A stretch of 64,000 nucleotides of DNA from Lama guanicoe (GCA_013239625.1 MU054187.1:6583757-6647756); one strand, 5' to 3'. Shown: positions 13,598-25,859, numbered from the stretch's first letter. The notes: a model not told the origin generated them from the letters alone. Made by a program: numbers and translations.

Positions 13598-14275
13598 TGA
13601 AACTGTCCTATAGAGTTAAAATAAAAAAACACCCTGAAACTGAGCCCCACAGGGGTAGCAGACACTGGTGACTAACAGGAATTCCTAAGCTGGTCTTACA
13701 GCTTGCTATAACCCCTGTGCTTGCAGCCCGCCTGCACTGAGCAAGCTTGCCGTAATTGCTTTGCTGCAAATTGCACACCCTCCAAGCTCCATGCAGCCTA
13801 AACAATAAGATGTTTGCCTGAGCTGTTTTCCAAGAACTTGGAGTCAACTGTGTCTAGTGCAAGGTCAAGCGGCTAAAGCTGGTTGGGACCACCAGCCTTA
13901 ACACTGGGCCTGTGTAGGTGGCTGATAAGTGACTTTTTGGCATCGGATGGTCCAAAATTCTACCCTCGGATCATGCTTAGTGCCTCCATTTTTAGACAAA
14001 TATTCCATGAGTAGCACATAACTCAATCAGATACGCCTGCACAGAACACGGATTATCTCAACTTTTCCTTATGTCCAGTCACCTTTCTTCACTCCCAAGA
14101 ATCTTTATCCCACAATTATCTCAAGCCCCTCGCCTTTCGGGAGGTGGATCTGAGACTGGTTCTCCCATCTTTGCCTGGTGAATGACACTCCCCGCCTTTT
14201 TTTTTTGCTGCAAATCTCGATGTCTCAGCATTTTGGCTTGCTGCACAAAGGGCAAACTAACCTGGTTCAGTAACA
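13598..14275 (+). mobile_element. ERV1-class solo LTR (MER34/MER39-like); left boundary approximate
   Basis: 3' part gggaggtggatctgagactggttctcccatct...gctgcaaatctcgatgtctcagc...cctggttcagtaaca resembles a MER34-type R/U5 and ends in CA. Confidence 0.65.
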
Positions 14276-15119
14276 ATTTCAGTATTATTCCATCCCAAGA
14301 AGATAATTCATAAACAGCAAATCAAAGATTGAATTCCAATTCAGAGAAACGCAAAGCCCTCACTCAGTTTCCTGGAGTGACAGAATACCGTGGTTTTCTC
14401 AAGAATCCAAGATTACGGGGAAAAACAAAAAAACCCCAAACCGCACCCCAGAGAATCACATCTTCTCAAATGCACCAAAATCGCCACCACCCCCCGCAGC
14501 TATCGCAGCTTTTTCAAGGGGCTAGATAAATCTGCTCCATTCTTGTTAAACTGCCATTAGACAAATATTCCATGAGTAGCACGTAACTCAATCAGATACG
14601 CCTGCACAGAACACGGATTATCTCAACTTTTCCCTATGTCCAATCACCTTTCTCCACTCCCAAGAATCTTTATCCCACAATTATCTCAAGCCCCTCACCT
14701 TTGGGGAGGTGGATCTGAGACTGGTTCTCCCATCTTTGCCTGGTGAATGACACCCCCCGCCTTTTTTTTGCTGCAAATCTCGATGTCTCAGCATTTTGGC
14801 TTGCTGCACAAAGGGCAAACTAACCTGGTTCAGTAACAATTTCAGTATTATTCCATCCCAAGAAGATAATTCATAAACAGCAAATCAAAGATTGAATTCC
14901 AATTCAGAGAAACGCAAAGCCCTCACTCAGTTTCCTGGAGTGACAGAATACCGTGGTTTTCTCAAGAATCCAAGATTACGGGGAAAAACAAAAAAACCCC
15001 AAACCGCACCCCAGAGAATCACATCTTCTCAAATGCACCAAAATCGCCACCACCCCCCGCAGCTATCGCAGCTTTTTCAAGGGGCTAGATAAATCTGCTC
15101 CATTCTTGTTAAACTGCCA
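13992..15119 (+). repeat. Tandem direct duplication: copy 1 13992-14556 (565 bp), copy 2 14557-15119 (563 bp)
   Basis: Manual alignment shows 7 substitutions and a 2-nt poly(T) length difference. Identical 66-aa ORFs at 14329 and 14892 confirm the 563-bp offset. Confidence 0.98.
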
Positions 15120-15789
15120 CACAGACAGGAGAACTGCCTCTCTAACGTATAAAATCACTTTTCGAATGAGGTTATCAGTGCCTCATACGGCAGCCTCTTT
15201 CATTTCTCTTGAAAGCTGATTTCAGGGGCATCTTTAGAAAGAGCTGATCTTCTGTTCCTGAAATAGGGCACTAAGCCCGGGGGAGCACATTACAGTGATT
15301 GCATCACTAAATAAAAATTAAAACTTTTCCACGAGCACGGGCTGTCTTTTATATGTGAAGGGTCACTGCCGTCCCCTCCCACCTCGTCTCCCCAGGGTCC
15401 CCCAGGGAAGCACTGCTGAGGGACTTTGCTTTGTGCACTGATGGTTTTTTTTTAAAAAAAAAACTTTCTTGTTTGCCCTTGTTATACAAGGCACAGAGGT
15501 GCCGACTGACTGGTGCCCGAAAGGAGCAAAGTGGCGCGGAGGGAAACGCGTTTCCTTCCTTCCCAGATGCTCTGCTCACCCCACTCAGAGGGCACATTTT
15601 CTCTTCAATATCAAATTAGATTAAGTCCTATTTTTAAAGTCTTCTGCTAAGACTGATTTCTTGCAGAAAGCCTTTAGATGCACAAACTCAAGCCAAGCTA
15701 ATTCTTAACCCTTCCCCTTACTATTTTCATTCAATTAAGAAATACACATTTTTTTGAACATCAAATATGACTACAAGTCTTCTAATGAA

Positions 15790-17450
15790 AGCAGCAGTCT
15801 CTTACTCAAGTTTTCCCCAGTCCTGAGTCCAACCCCCAGTTAATTCCTTTAAGTATTTATTCTCATATACACCTGCTTACCTCTAAATAATATGTTTATA
15901 CTACTATTTCTTGATTTACTCATTCTAGACTTTGTCACTAATTTTCTATGAGGCAAGGTAACAAGTTAATAATTTAATGTTTTCTTTTCCTTCTTCTCCA
16001 TCTAGCCATTCAGCTCATTTCACAATTTTTTCCTCCATCCGGGTAAACTCATATTTGGGTTTTATTGAGTTATGACAAGTACACTTCATTTCACATGTGA
16101 CATTTTAAAAATTCTGCTCCCTTTTCTTTGGCTTCATTTTCTAATGCCCTAAACTAAAACAGTAATAATTGTCTCTCTTCACAGTGCTGAGCGAGTGCCG
16201 TAAAATCTCTTGGTACTATTCTACCCTTTGCCAAAATCATACAAGCCACTACTTTCTTTCTTTCTCTCTCTTTTTGGAAGGTAAGCCTCTGGTAGCTTTC
16301 TACCTTGCTTTGCTCTGAACTGGCTGCTGCCTGGACTGGCTGGACAGCTGTCACCAGGGAACTTCTCTTGACCTCTGCTCGGTATCAGGCCCCCTAATTA
16401 TTGGATTGTAATCCAGGTAGAGGATTATCTGTGTCCCTGAGAAAGGACACACCGCAGGTAAAATTGAATTTCTGAAAATACCTGCAGTTATTCTTACACT
16501 TGACTGAAGGCTTGACTATGTGCAGAATTCTAGGTAGTAAATAATTTCTCTGCAGACTTTTGAAAGCATTGATCCAATGCAGTACAAAGTTTAGTGTTGC
16601 TGTTGGGAAATCTGATGCCTACTGGATTTTAAAAAAATTTTTTTCCTACCAGAAGCTTTATAAAAGTCAGTACAGTATAGTGGTGAGGAGTGTAAAACAC
16701 GAAGCCAGACTGCCTGGTTTGGAAATCTGACTCTGTCATTTACTAGCTGTGTGTTGTAGGGCAAGTTGCTTAACCACTCTGTGCCATAGATTCCTCATTT
16801 ATAGAGGCTAAAATACTATTCCTTTCCTCAGAAGTCTCTAAGAAAATCAATGTGCTAAAAGTAACTGTGCAATCATAGGTATAGTTATGATGATAATGAC
16901 AAGAATTTTAAGATCGTCTCTTTACTTCTGGTTTCCTGAAATCTCGTGAAAATGTGCCATAGTGTAAGTGCTGAACCTCTAGTGTCTCCTCAGTATGGAA
17001 ACTCACATTTCCAGTCCTAGACTATCTAGTATTATTTCTTTAATAATTTCCTCTCCATCTTTCCCCCTACTCTTTCTGAAATTTCTTCTGTTTATACATT
17101 AGACATGTTAAATTGAGACTCTAATTTTCATAATTTTTCTATTTTCTATTTTTGTCTTTGCTTTCCCTTCTGGAAGATCTCCTTGATTTAGTTTCCAATA
17201 CTGCTATTAAATTCTTATCTCTGCAAATCACATGTTTAAATTTCTGAGAGTCCTATGTCTTGGACTATTCCTTTTTATAGCTCCCCATTCTTTTTTGATG
17301 GATACACTCTGTTCTCTTATTGCTCTGAGTGTATTAGAGATACTAAGTTGGCATCTGCTCCTTAACTTTTGTTTCCCCTGAACAACAGAATTCTTTCTGT
17401 TTTAGTTTTATCTTCTTTCATGTTGAAGGGTGTCTCCAATGTGCGGCGAT
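15790..17450 (-). mobile_element. Ancient L1M(E) remnant interrupted by a MIR
   Basis: T-rich, highly decayed; motifs such as gtgttgctgttgggaaatctgatgcc and attatttctttaataatttcctctcc are typical of antisense old L1. Confidence 0.55.
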
Positions 17451-18475
17451 GCTTGGTCATTACTCCTGCAGAACCGAGTTAGTCACTGGAAACTCTGTGG
17501 GAAAGGGCAGGGCCTATGATTGACAGCCTCACTGATGGGTCCATTGTCAAGCCAATGTTTTCTTGGGCACCCTCAAATGTCCCGATAGCTAGGCCTATTC
17601 TTTGAGGCCGTATTATTTCTTTAGTTGCTGTAGTACCAGGCGCCTGAAATCCCTTCTCTTTGGAAGCCCTTCTGCAATTACTTACTTCAATCTCAGCTTT
17701 CTTGGATCTGCCAAGTTAGCTATTTCTCTTCTCCATTTCCAGAAACCATGCTGACATTGTCCATCTGTCACTGTCTCCCTCCTGTTTTTTTGTTTGTTTG
17801 TTTGTTTTTTGGTAGGTTTACACCATTTTTATTCTTTTACTGCCATTGACAGGTGTTTTCATGTGGGAGGTGCTCAGTGTATGTGTCTAGTTTTGCTTAA
17901 CCCTTCCTCACTCATATTTTCTGTACATCTAACAGCTGACTCCTTTCAACCTCTTAGATTCTTTTCTCTTAAACTAGAAGGATCTTGTAATATATAATCC
18001 AACCTTTTAGTGAAGTTTAGAAACAACATCTTATTGGCCTGTAAAAGCCTCTACTACTCCCTCAAATGTGTCTGCAAAAGGTCGCCGAACTCAGAGTAAC
18101 GCTGTTTCATGTGACAGACAGGTGGCAGTGGGAGAGAAGAAAGGATTCTCGGCATATTTTACGTTTTAAACCAAACTCTGCTAAGCCATACGTTGACTTA
18201 CTGCCAGCTGGTTTCTCTTCGCCTCTTGGCTTGTACACTCTCCTTCTCTCCCTGCATCACGGCTGGTGTACCCCGAGTCCATGATGTGCTCGGATGATGA
18301 TAAAACTGATTATGATGCCTGAAGCTTGACAATCATTTTGATTTTGTCCTAGTCAAACAAAGTGCATCTAACTGAGCTTTAAATATTTTCTTCTAGGGAG
18401 GGAAATAGGACTGTTCAGAGAAACATTTTTGCTGAGGCAGTTAGGGAACGCTGCAGATGCTACGGAGTCACCGAT

Positions 18476-18998
18476 GGGGTTAGTTTGCTAGGGCTGCCAC
18501 AGTGAAACCCCACAGACTGGGCGCCTTAAACAGCGGGCATGTGTTGTCCCAGTTCTGGAGGCTGGAAGTTCAAGACCAAGGTGGCAGCAGGTCTAGTTTC
18601 TTTTGGATCCTCTCTCCCTGGCGTGTGGGTGGCCGTCTTCCATGGCCTCACATGGTCTTTTCTCCATGTGTGCACACACCCCTGTGTTAAAATTTCCTTT
18701 TTTTTTTTGATGGGGGGGATCAAACCATTTTATTGGGGAGCTTCGGGGCAGAGTTGAAGGGCTGGGAGGACAATGAGATCCGATGTCCTCTTCCCGGCTG
18801 GGGTCTCCCCAGCTTCACAGTCGCTAAAAAGCCCAGATTTCCTTTCCTCATAAGGACATGGGTCATACTGGATTAGGGCCACCCTAACGAACTCGTTTTA
18901 ATTTAACCACCTCTTTAAAGTCCAGGCACATTCTGAGGTACTAGCAGGGTTAGGAATTCAATACACAATTTTTGAGGAAACACGATTAACCCACAACG
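18476..18998 (-). mobile_element. MLT1B-like MaLR solo LTR, interrupted by a retroposed insert
   Basis: ttagtttgctagggctgcc...cacagactggg...cagttctggaggctggaagttcaagaccaaggtg, and ataaggac...ggattagggccaccctaa...cacattctgaggtact. Confidence 0.88.
18701..18836 (-). pseudogene. 5'-truncated retrocopy of an unidentified mRNA 3' end
   Basis: Minus strand has AATAAA (18729-18734) 20 nt before a poly(A) tract; flanked by the direct repeat atttccttt (18692-18700, 18837-18845); interrupts otherwise continuous MLT1 sequence. Confidence 0.8.
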
Positions 18999-19820
18999 CT
19001 AATACAGATTCAGGTTAGAACTAGATCCAGATAAGAAAGCGAGGAGCAGATGGAAGGGGATTGGAAATCAGGTAAATCTATAGCAGCAGAACATGGAAAG
19101 CACAGTCATGGAGAAAGTCAGAAAGAGTTATGCTTTTAACATGTAGCCATAACATCATATAAGAACTGGCAGAGCTCAGAGGACCATGAGCGAGATTAGG
19201 TAAGAACAGCGTGTGATTAGCTGTTAAGTAAAAGGGAATTGAGAAAACACAGACTTGGGCAATTGAGGAGTCCCAGAGATGCGTATGTACTTTGAAAGGT
19301 TCTGATTCTAAATTAAGAGGAAGGCATGTGATCAAAGATTATTCTAGGCCAATTTTATGCATTACATTGGAGTCAGAATGAATGGATAACAATGGTGCAT
19401 TAATGAAATGTGTATCAAATTTTACCTAATTGTCTAAGAACATGCTTGTTATACTCTAGGAGTTACAGATTTGATTTGCTAGAGAGAAAGTCAGTTTACT
19501 TAAATCTTGGCCAAAACATGCCTATACTTCACAGTGTGAAGAGAAGTCGTGGGTAGTGGCGTCCTCTGCCTTAGAAAGAACACACCAGGGGCGGGGGCGG
19601 GGGCGGGGGCAGCCCCTGGAGTGCTGAGCTGAAGTTATGAAACCAGAGCAAACATCACAGAGAGTGCAATGCTCTCACAGCTAACCAATTTTAATAAAAT
19701 CTCTGGGGAAATTAGTCGCATTGAAAGAGCAACCTCTTGCTGGTCCTAGTGCATGTTAATCAGATCGCTTGTTTTTTTCAAGTTTGAATATAAAGATAAA
19801 GGAAATCATCTGACATTTCT

Positions 19821-20340
19821 TGTTGTGGAGATAAACAAAGACCAGCCAAAAGAGAAGAACAAGGACTGTGTGTTCACAGCCCACTCTAGCAAGGGAGCTG
19901 CCACCATCACCTGCGTTCTGGCGGAGAAGTGGGACAGCGAAAAAAGGCGAGGCTTCAAGGGCGCCCTGCCTGGAGGCTGTTGAACTGGGGAAGCTGTAGG
20001 CAGTCTGCGCAGAAGCCAGGTCTTCTAGGACTGGTCAGGGGAGCATATCCGCCTTTCAGTTGGTCCTAAGTTGGAAGCAGGGACACACATTAGGGAAGCC
20101 GCCAGTTATTAATCAAGCCCCGGCCACTGGGGGCAGAATGTTACAGAAGTGATGGCTCAGCTTCCTGAATTGCCACTGGAGACAGCAATCGGCTTCCTGC
20201 AAGTCTGGTCTACAGCAGGCTGCTTCCTGGGTTATTTAGTGCAGAAAAGGGCTTGGTTTCCCAGGCAGGCTGCTGCAGGCTGTGGGTCAAGGCTCCATGT
20301 TTATAAACGGTCGCTGTTGCCTCGTATCTTCAGTCCCTCA
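19821..20340 (-). mobile_element. ERV1-type solo LTR (MER89/MER90-like)
   Basis: About 520 bp with TG...CA ends and repeated gcttcctg motifs; reverse strand reads tgacccacagcctgcagcagcctgcctgggaaaccaa. Family assignment from memory. Confidence 0.55.
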
Positions 20341-23300
20341 TTATCCTTCCTGGCGGGAAAGGATTTCCTGCAGTACATAGCACAGGGCAAGAGAAGAGTC
20401 TTGGACAGCTGCGTTTTGCTCTTTCTAAAGAGTGGGAGAACAAGGGCTGCTTCTCTTAGGACAAAGGAAGGAGAACAGTCCAGGTTGCCAGGAGAAACAT
20501 CCAGCCAGAGGGCTTCAAGGACTCGGAGAGCAAAGGAGACTCACACGCCTCGTGCTCCAGCCCAGACTGGCAGGGACGCCGGAACACAGCGCACTGGGCT
20601 ATGTCCTGAGAAAGCAAAAACCCGGAGTTCTTAATCTCAAGGAGTTGAAAGTCTGACAGAGACACCTTCCGTTTACATATAAAATAAACCACTTGATAAC
20701 TTATAAGCAAATGATCTATAATGTGTATGCACATATGCATAGTTAGCACATCCCTCAGAGTGTGTGTATATTAAGATATATATCATGACGTCCTTGATTA
20801 ATAATTTTGGAACTGCAACGGTGTACCCACCTCCAGGCACATCCTGCAACGCAGCGCGCTGTGCGGTAAGTCAGACACTGTACCGCAAGCTCCCCAGGAC
20901 GGTCAGAGATAAAGCCAATTTTTAGGCTTTTTTTTTTTTTTTAAACAGACCAATGCTGAAAACTGATCAATTTTGCTTCGAAAAAGAAAATGACTTTTTA
21001 TTCTGAAACAATTCAAAGCCTTTCAAATATTTCATCCTTTTGATATGTGTCCATAACCGGCATCAGATTCCACCCTGTGACCCTAGCAGAGCGTGGAGAC
21101 TGAGTGAGGGCTCATATTTAAACACACGCAGGAGCATCCACAAAGGTGGGCTTTTGTTGTGTTGCGTTTTCGCGCCTTGCCGGAGAGGAGGAACTAAGGC
21201 AATTATTTTGAATTTGGAGAGAAAGAAAGGGAGGCTCAGATAGGGGAATGACTCTCCCAAGGTGTCAGAGCCGAGAGCAAAACTAATCTGCTTCTAAAGT
21301 TCATGTTCAAATCACAGAACCATGACATTCTGTAACTTCTCTGGACCCCCGTGGTCATTTTGTTGTCATTTTTAGTGAAAGCATCACTGGGATCCCAAAG
21401 TCGAAAGTCTGATTTAGAAAAATAGGATTAAACTATTACGTTAATCTCAAGAAACTGCTTTCAGCTCTTCTTTACACTCTGATACTTTTTCTATAACATC
21501 GATAATCCTCTTAATTTACAGCTTAATTCCACTGTGAATCTGACATTTTTGCTTCTGTCTCAATCCAGTTGGTTTCAAAAGCAGTTCAGTGAAAGCATTC
21601 AAATATTTAACCACACAGATATAAATGTTCAACCACAAATGTATTTCTGGATAAATCTTATTTTTGTCAGGGTGACATTATTCGTACACAATGGGTTTCT
21701 TAACGAATAAAAGCCACAGACTGAGGGACAGTGCCAGAGAGAGTATCGTTCTAATCAATCATTCTCATGCACCAGGTCACATCACTGGCCAGTATCACTG
21801 GGCACTCCTCCAGCTGTAAGAAAAAGACAATACAAGGAAGGAAAGCTCAACTGTGAAGATATATGTTTATATTACAGCAGCTGCTTTGAAAAACTCCAAA
21901 AAAGGATGAAGGGGCTTCCCCTTTTCCCAGTGATCAAAGGGAGGCAGCAGGGGAAAAAAAATAGAAAAACGTGATTTGGAACTGTGGTCTTCAGCTCCTA
22001 TTGGCTGTTGTGGGTCCTCAGTGACTGTTCAGTGATTCCAATGTGTGCGTGTTTACATCTCAATTAGCCATGCAATCATTCGGATCAAAAAGAAGATCTC
22101 AAAAAAAAAAAAAGAGCAAAAGTCTTAAGGATAACGATGGCTTTTCTCTCACTTGAAGAGATTTCTCTTCCCTTTTCTATTTATAACCTAATGAAGATTT
22201 TAATCCATCTTTGTTAATTTATCAAATTATCAATTTCTATGTTAAATACCCTCAAGGCGCAGAGGGTTTTCATACTTGTTATTTGGGCAAAAAATTTACT
22301 CGGTTTCAAGGAAAATATGCCTAAAAGAGAAAACTCTACTGGGATAGTTTTCTCTACATTTTTTTTTTCCCGTCAAGTTGCACAGGCTTTTTAACACCCC
22401 CAGGGCACAGCACTGCCAGATTGCAAGCTACACACTAAGGGGAACAGTGGCAATTCAACAAGACGAGAAAACAGAGCTGATACATTTGACTGAACTTTGT
22501 CCCCTGCCTTCAAGAAAGCTGCACTCTACAGCTCACTGGAACACACACTGAGAACAATCTGAATGAAAACGTGCTATCTGTGGTAGTTAATCGTTACGTA
22601 AGGGCCAGAATCTGGGTAATTATTCTAAAAGGATTTTGGCCAAAGGTAGCAGCCACTCCCTCTAGAAGGTTTCCATTTTAAAATATTAATGTGTGAGTGG
22701 TGATCTAAGATCCATCACATTCAAACCTGTAATTTGAAAATGGAAGAATATCTTGGCATGCAAGTGCACGTTGACTAAGTGGCCCTGGGCCCCGGGTTCC
22801 CTGCACAGCAGGCTCTTGTCACTGTCATCACTGGCAAATGAAATCACTTTTTTTTTTATTTTTGAAAGTCATAATGTATACAAAATCAAGATTCCGAGAT
22901 TCTACGCTGCGGGGGACCCTGTGATGAACGCCCAGGCCTTGCTTGTCTTCTTTAAGGAAGCAGAACTTAAAACAGGCAGAGTTGAAATCAAGAAGCTCTG
23001 AGAAGGAGAATTCTGCAATAAAGACTTAATTGGCAAAAAGGGAGCATGAGATATCAGAGCAGACCTCCGGACCTTTGAGGGTGCAGTGGGGTACCAGTGA
23101 GGGTATGGACTTTGAGGACAAGGAGAGTTCCGTTCAAATCCCAGTCCTGGCCCATTAAAGATGGGACCTTGGTCAAATTTCTTAATTTCTCTCATCCTCA
23201 CTTTCACAGATAGAAGCGGGTACAATCATACCAATTGTGAAGGGTTGTTGTAAAGATGAGAAGTATTATATACGAAAGTGCTCAGCACACTGATTGCAGA

Positions 23301-23653
23301 CAGGAGGCATGAAATATGATAGCTGTGATGTTATTTTGATAATATGTAAAATTTAAAATTGGCTTTCCAACTTATTTTTAGAAACTAGGAAATATTTTCC
23401 TAGGAAAATAAGGTAATGCATAAATTAAAATCATAATAATAACTAATGTTTATTGAGACTTCCTCCTTACTTATTAAATAAATAGCTATGGAACAAGGGC
23501 CATCTCCACAGGCACTTTGCAGATAATGGAATGAATGGAAACATGAGGAAGTGCTGCTCAGCGTCACAGAACCAGTAAGGGGCAGGGCCGAAAAATCAAA
23601 AACAGGGAATGTGGCTGTGGAGCTGATGCTCAAAAGTGCTTCACTGTATTGCC

Positions 23654-23915
23654 ATCTACAGAAGGATGGATAAAGAAAATGTGAGATATAGATATAGATA
23701 TAGATATATAACGGAATATTACTCAGCCATAAGAAAGAATGAAATTCTATTTGCAGCAACATGGATGTGTTAGAGCAGGCAGATAGTGAGATAAGAGCAG
23801 AGAAAGGGGGATGCAGGAAACCATACATCATGTAACAACAGGGGTCCCTGGGCAGAGACTAATATACTATACTTCAATCAAAAAACAAAACAAAACAAAA
23901 CAAACACACAAAACC
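23654..23915 (+). mobile_element. L1 3' fragment with an internal LTR-like segment and (CAAAA)n tail
   Basis: ggatggataaagaaaatgtg...ggaatattactcagccataagaaagaatgaaat...gcagcaacatggatg, then non-L1 sequence, then ctatacttcaat and the tail. Confidence 0.8.
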
Positions 23916-24049
23916 AAGCAACATTGCTGTGGAGCTGCTGCTCTAAACTTCACTGTACTGCCTGGTTCAGTTAGGTGTTCTTCATCAACCCCTGGAAACC
24001 TGTTTATTTTTTTAACATACTTGAACATACAATGTATATATCACAGTTT

Positions 24050-24535
24050 CTCATTTTTAACTGATTTATCGAGATGTAACTCACATACCACAAAAACTGT
24101 TCAATTAACTTTTCACGGTTCAGTGGTTTTTAGTAGATTTACACAATTGTGAAACCACCAACACTATCTAATTTTAGAACATTTTCATCACACCAGGAAG
24201 TAGCTCCTTATGCATGAACAGTCACTCATCCTCAGTCCCTCTCCTCAGGCCCTGGCTGTCCCCAGTCTACTTTCTCCCTCTGTTGATTTGCCCATCTGGA
24301 CCATTCACATACACGGGACCACATAACATGTGCATACATTGTACCCTGTATCTCAGTACATCTTCTTTTTTATTGCCATTGTGAAGGTAGATCACACTTT
24401 GTCTCTTCCTCCATTTATCTTTTAGATGGGCATCTGGGTTAGTTCCACTTTCTTGCTATTACGAAAAGTGCTACTAGGAACATTCAGGTACGGATTTTTG
24501 TAGGAACCTATGTTTTCCATGTCCGCTGGGTGCAT
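24050..24535 (-). mobile_element. L1MB-like 3' end
   Basis: tcagtggtttttagtagatttacacaattgtgaaaccaccaacactatctaattttagaacattttcatcacacc. Confidence 0.8.
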
Positions 24536-24554
24536 GTGTGATGTCGTGGTGAGA

Positions 24555-24890
24555 ACCCTCCTGTCTTCCATTAGGCCAGACATCAAAGAGATTTGTAAAA
24601 ATAGAAAACACTTCCTGTCTCCTCACTTCACTTTTTTGTTTTGAAAATGGAATTACTTTTCAAAGCTATTTCTGTTCACACGGAATGGAATTATTATTAC
24701 TATTTTATTTTCAAAGAATTCATAAAAAAGATAAAATTTTCTTTCAGTTTTGATTTCTAAAAATTATATGGATAAATATAATTCCGCCTCCTCACCCCTA
24801 ATACACACACACACAAGAAAAGTCCTTGGAGTGCTCAGTAAGTCTGAAGTGTGTGAAGGGGTCCTCAAGCCAAGATATTTGAGAACTGGT
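24555..24890 (-). mobile_element. Charlie1-like hAT DNA transposon end
   Basis: ccattaggccagacatcaaagagatttgtaaaaat ... gtgtgaaggggtcctcaagccaagatatttgagaactg. Confidence 0.6.
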
Positions 24891-24913
24891 CTTCAACTAA
24901 TTCCTTTCTTCAC

Positions 24914-25527
24914 TCAGTATGATAATCTCTAGGTCCACCCATGTTGCTGCAAAAGGCATTATTTCATCTTTTGAATGAAACAACCTAAAGGTCCATCAAG
25001 AGATGACTGGATAAAGAAGATGTGAGAATATATATATATATATGGAATATTATAGTAATATATGGAATATTACTCAGCCATAAAAAGGAAATAATGCCAT
25101 GTGCAGCAACATGGATGGACCTAGAGATTATTAAGTGAAGTAAGTCAGATAGAGAAAGACAACTATCACATAATATCACTTATATGTGTAATCTAAAAAA
25201 AATTATGCAGGTTTTATTTACAAACCAAAAACAGACTCAGGGATATAGAAAACAAACTATGGTTACCAAAGGGGAAAGGGCAGGGGGGTGGGGATAAATC
25301 AGGAGTTTGGGATTAACAGATACACACTACTATATGTAAAATAGATAAACAACAAAGACCTACTGTACAGCACAGGGAACTATATTCAATTCCTTGTAAT
25401 AACATATTGGAAAAGAATCTGAAAAGAAAATACATGCATGTATGTCTATGTTCAACTGAATCACTTTGCTGTACACCTGAAACTAACATTGTGAATCAAC
25501 TACATTTCAGTAAAAAATTTTTTTAAA
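24914..25527 (+). mobile_element. Artiodactyl L1 3' end with a 5' inverted segment and 15-bp TSD
   Basis: L1 3' UTR (ggagtttgggattaacagatacacactac...cacagggaactatattcaat). TSD aattcctttcttcac 24899-24913 / aattcctttattcac 25528-25542. Segment 24914-24972 is antisense L1. Confidence 0.9.
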
Positions 25528-25721
25528 AATTCCTTTATTCACCACCTAATCTGAACTCTTGGCTTATGGGATGAAAAGATTCTTTTTGCAATATTTTTTT
25601 GCAAATGTCCCTGGAAATAAAGTCTATTTCCTCCCTGACATTCCTCTGCACGAGAAGCATTCTCTGAATTCTGAGGAGGAAACAGGCAAGGATGCAGGGA
25701 GGGTGCAATGTGAACACTCAC

Positions 25722-25859
25722 CTTCACTAACTCCGTGTAGCCCGTTTCCTTCGGGGTCCACCAAGGCTGGGCTCTCAGTCCACGCACGTTGTAGAGTGAG
25801 CGCTGCCAGACAGATGCGAAGTGGCCCCTCTTGTGCCCAAGCTCGTACCACTTATATGC
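25722..25859 (-). CDS. ASPH: ASPH coding exon (~exon 21, 138 nt), TPR end, hinge and start of oxygenase domain
   Basis: AYKWYELGHKRGHFASVWQRSLYNVRGLRAQPWWTPKETGYTELVK, inside ORF 25539..25976; acceptor ttccag, donor gtgagt. Confidence 0.97.

Noticed and set aside
14329..15092. Two identical 66-aa ORFs suggesting a duplicated microprotein gene
   Set aside because: They start at TTG, have no recognisable homology or gene structure, and are a by-product of the tandem duplication.
20149..20634. 161-aa plus-strand ORF
   Set aside because: It overlaps an LTR remnant and has no recognisable domain; likely a chance ORF in GC-rich sequence.
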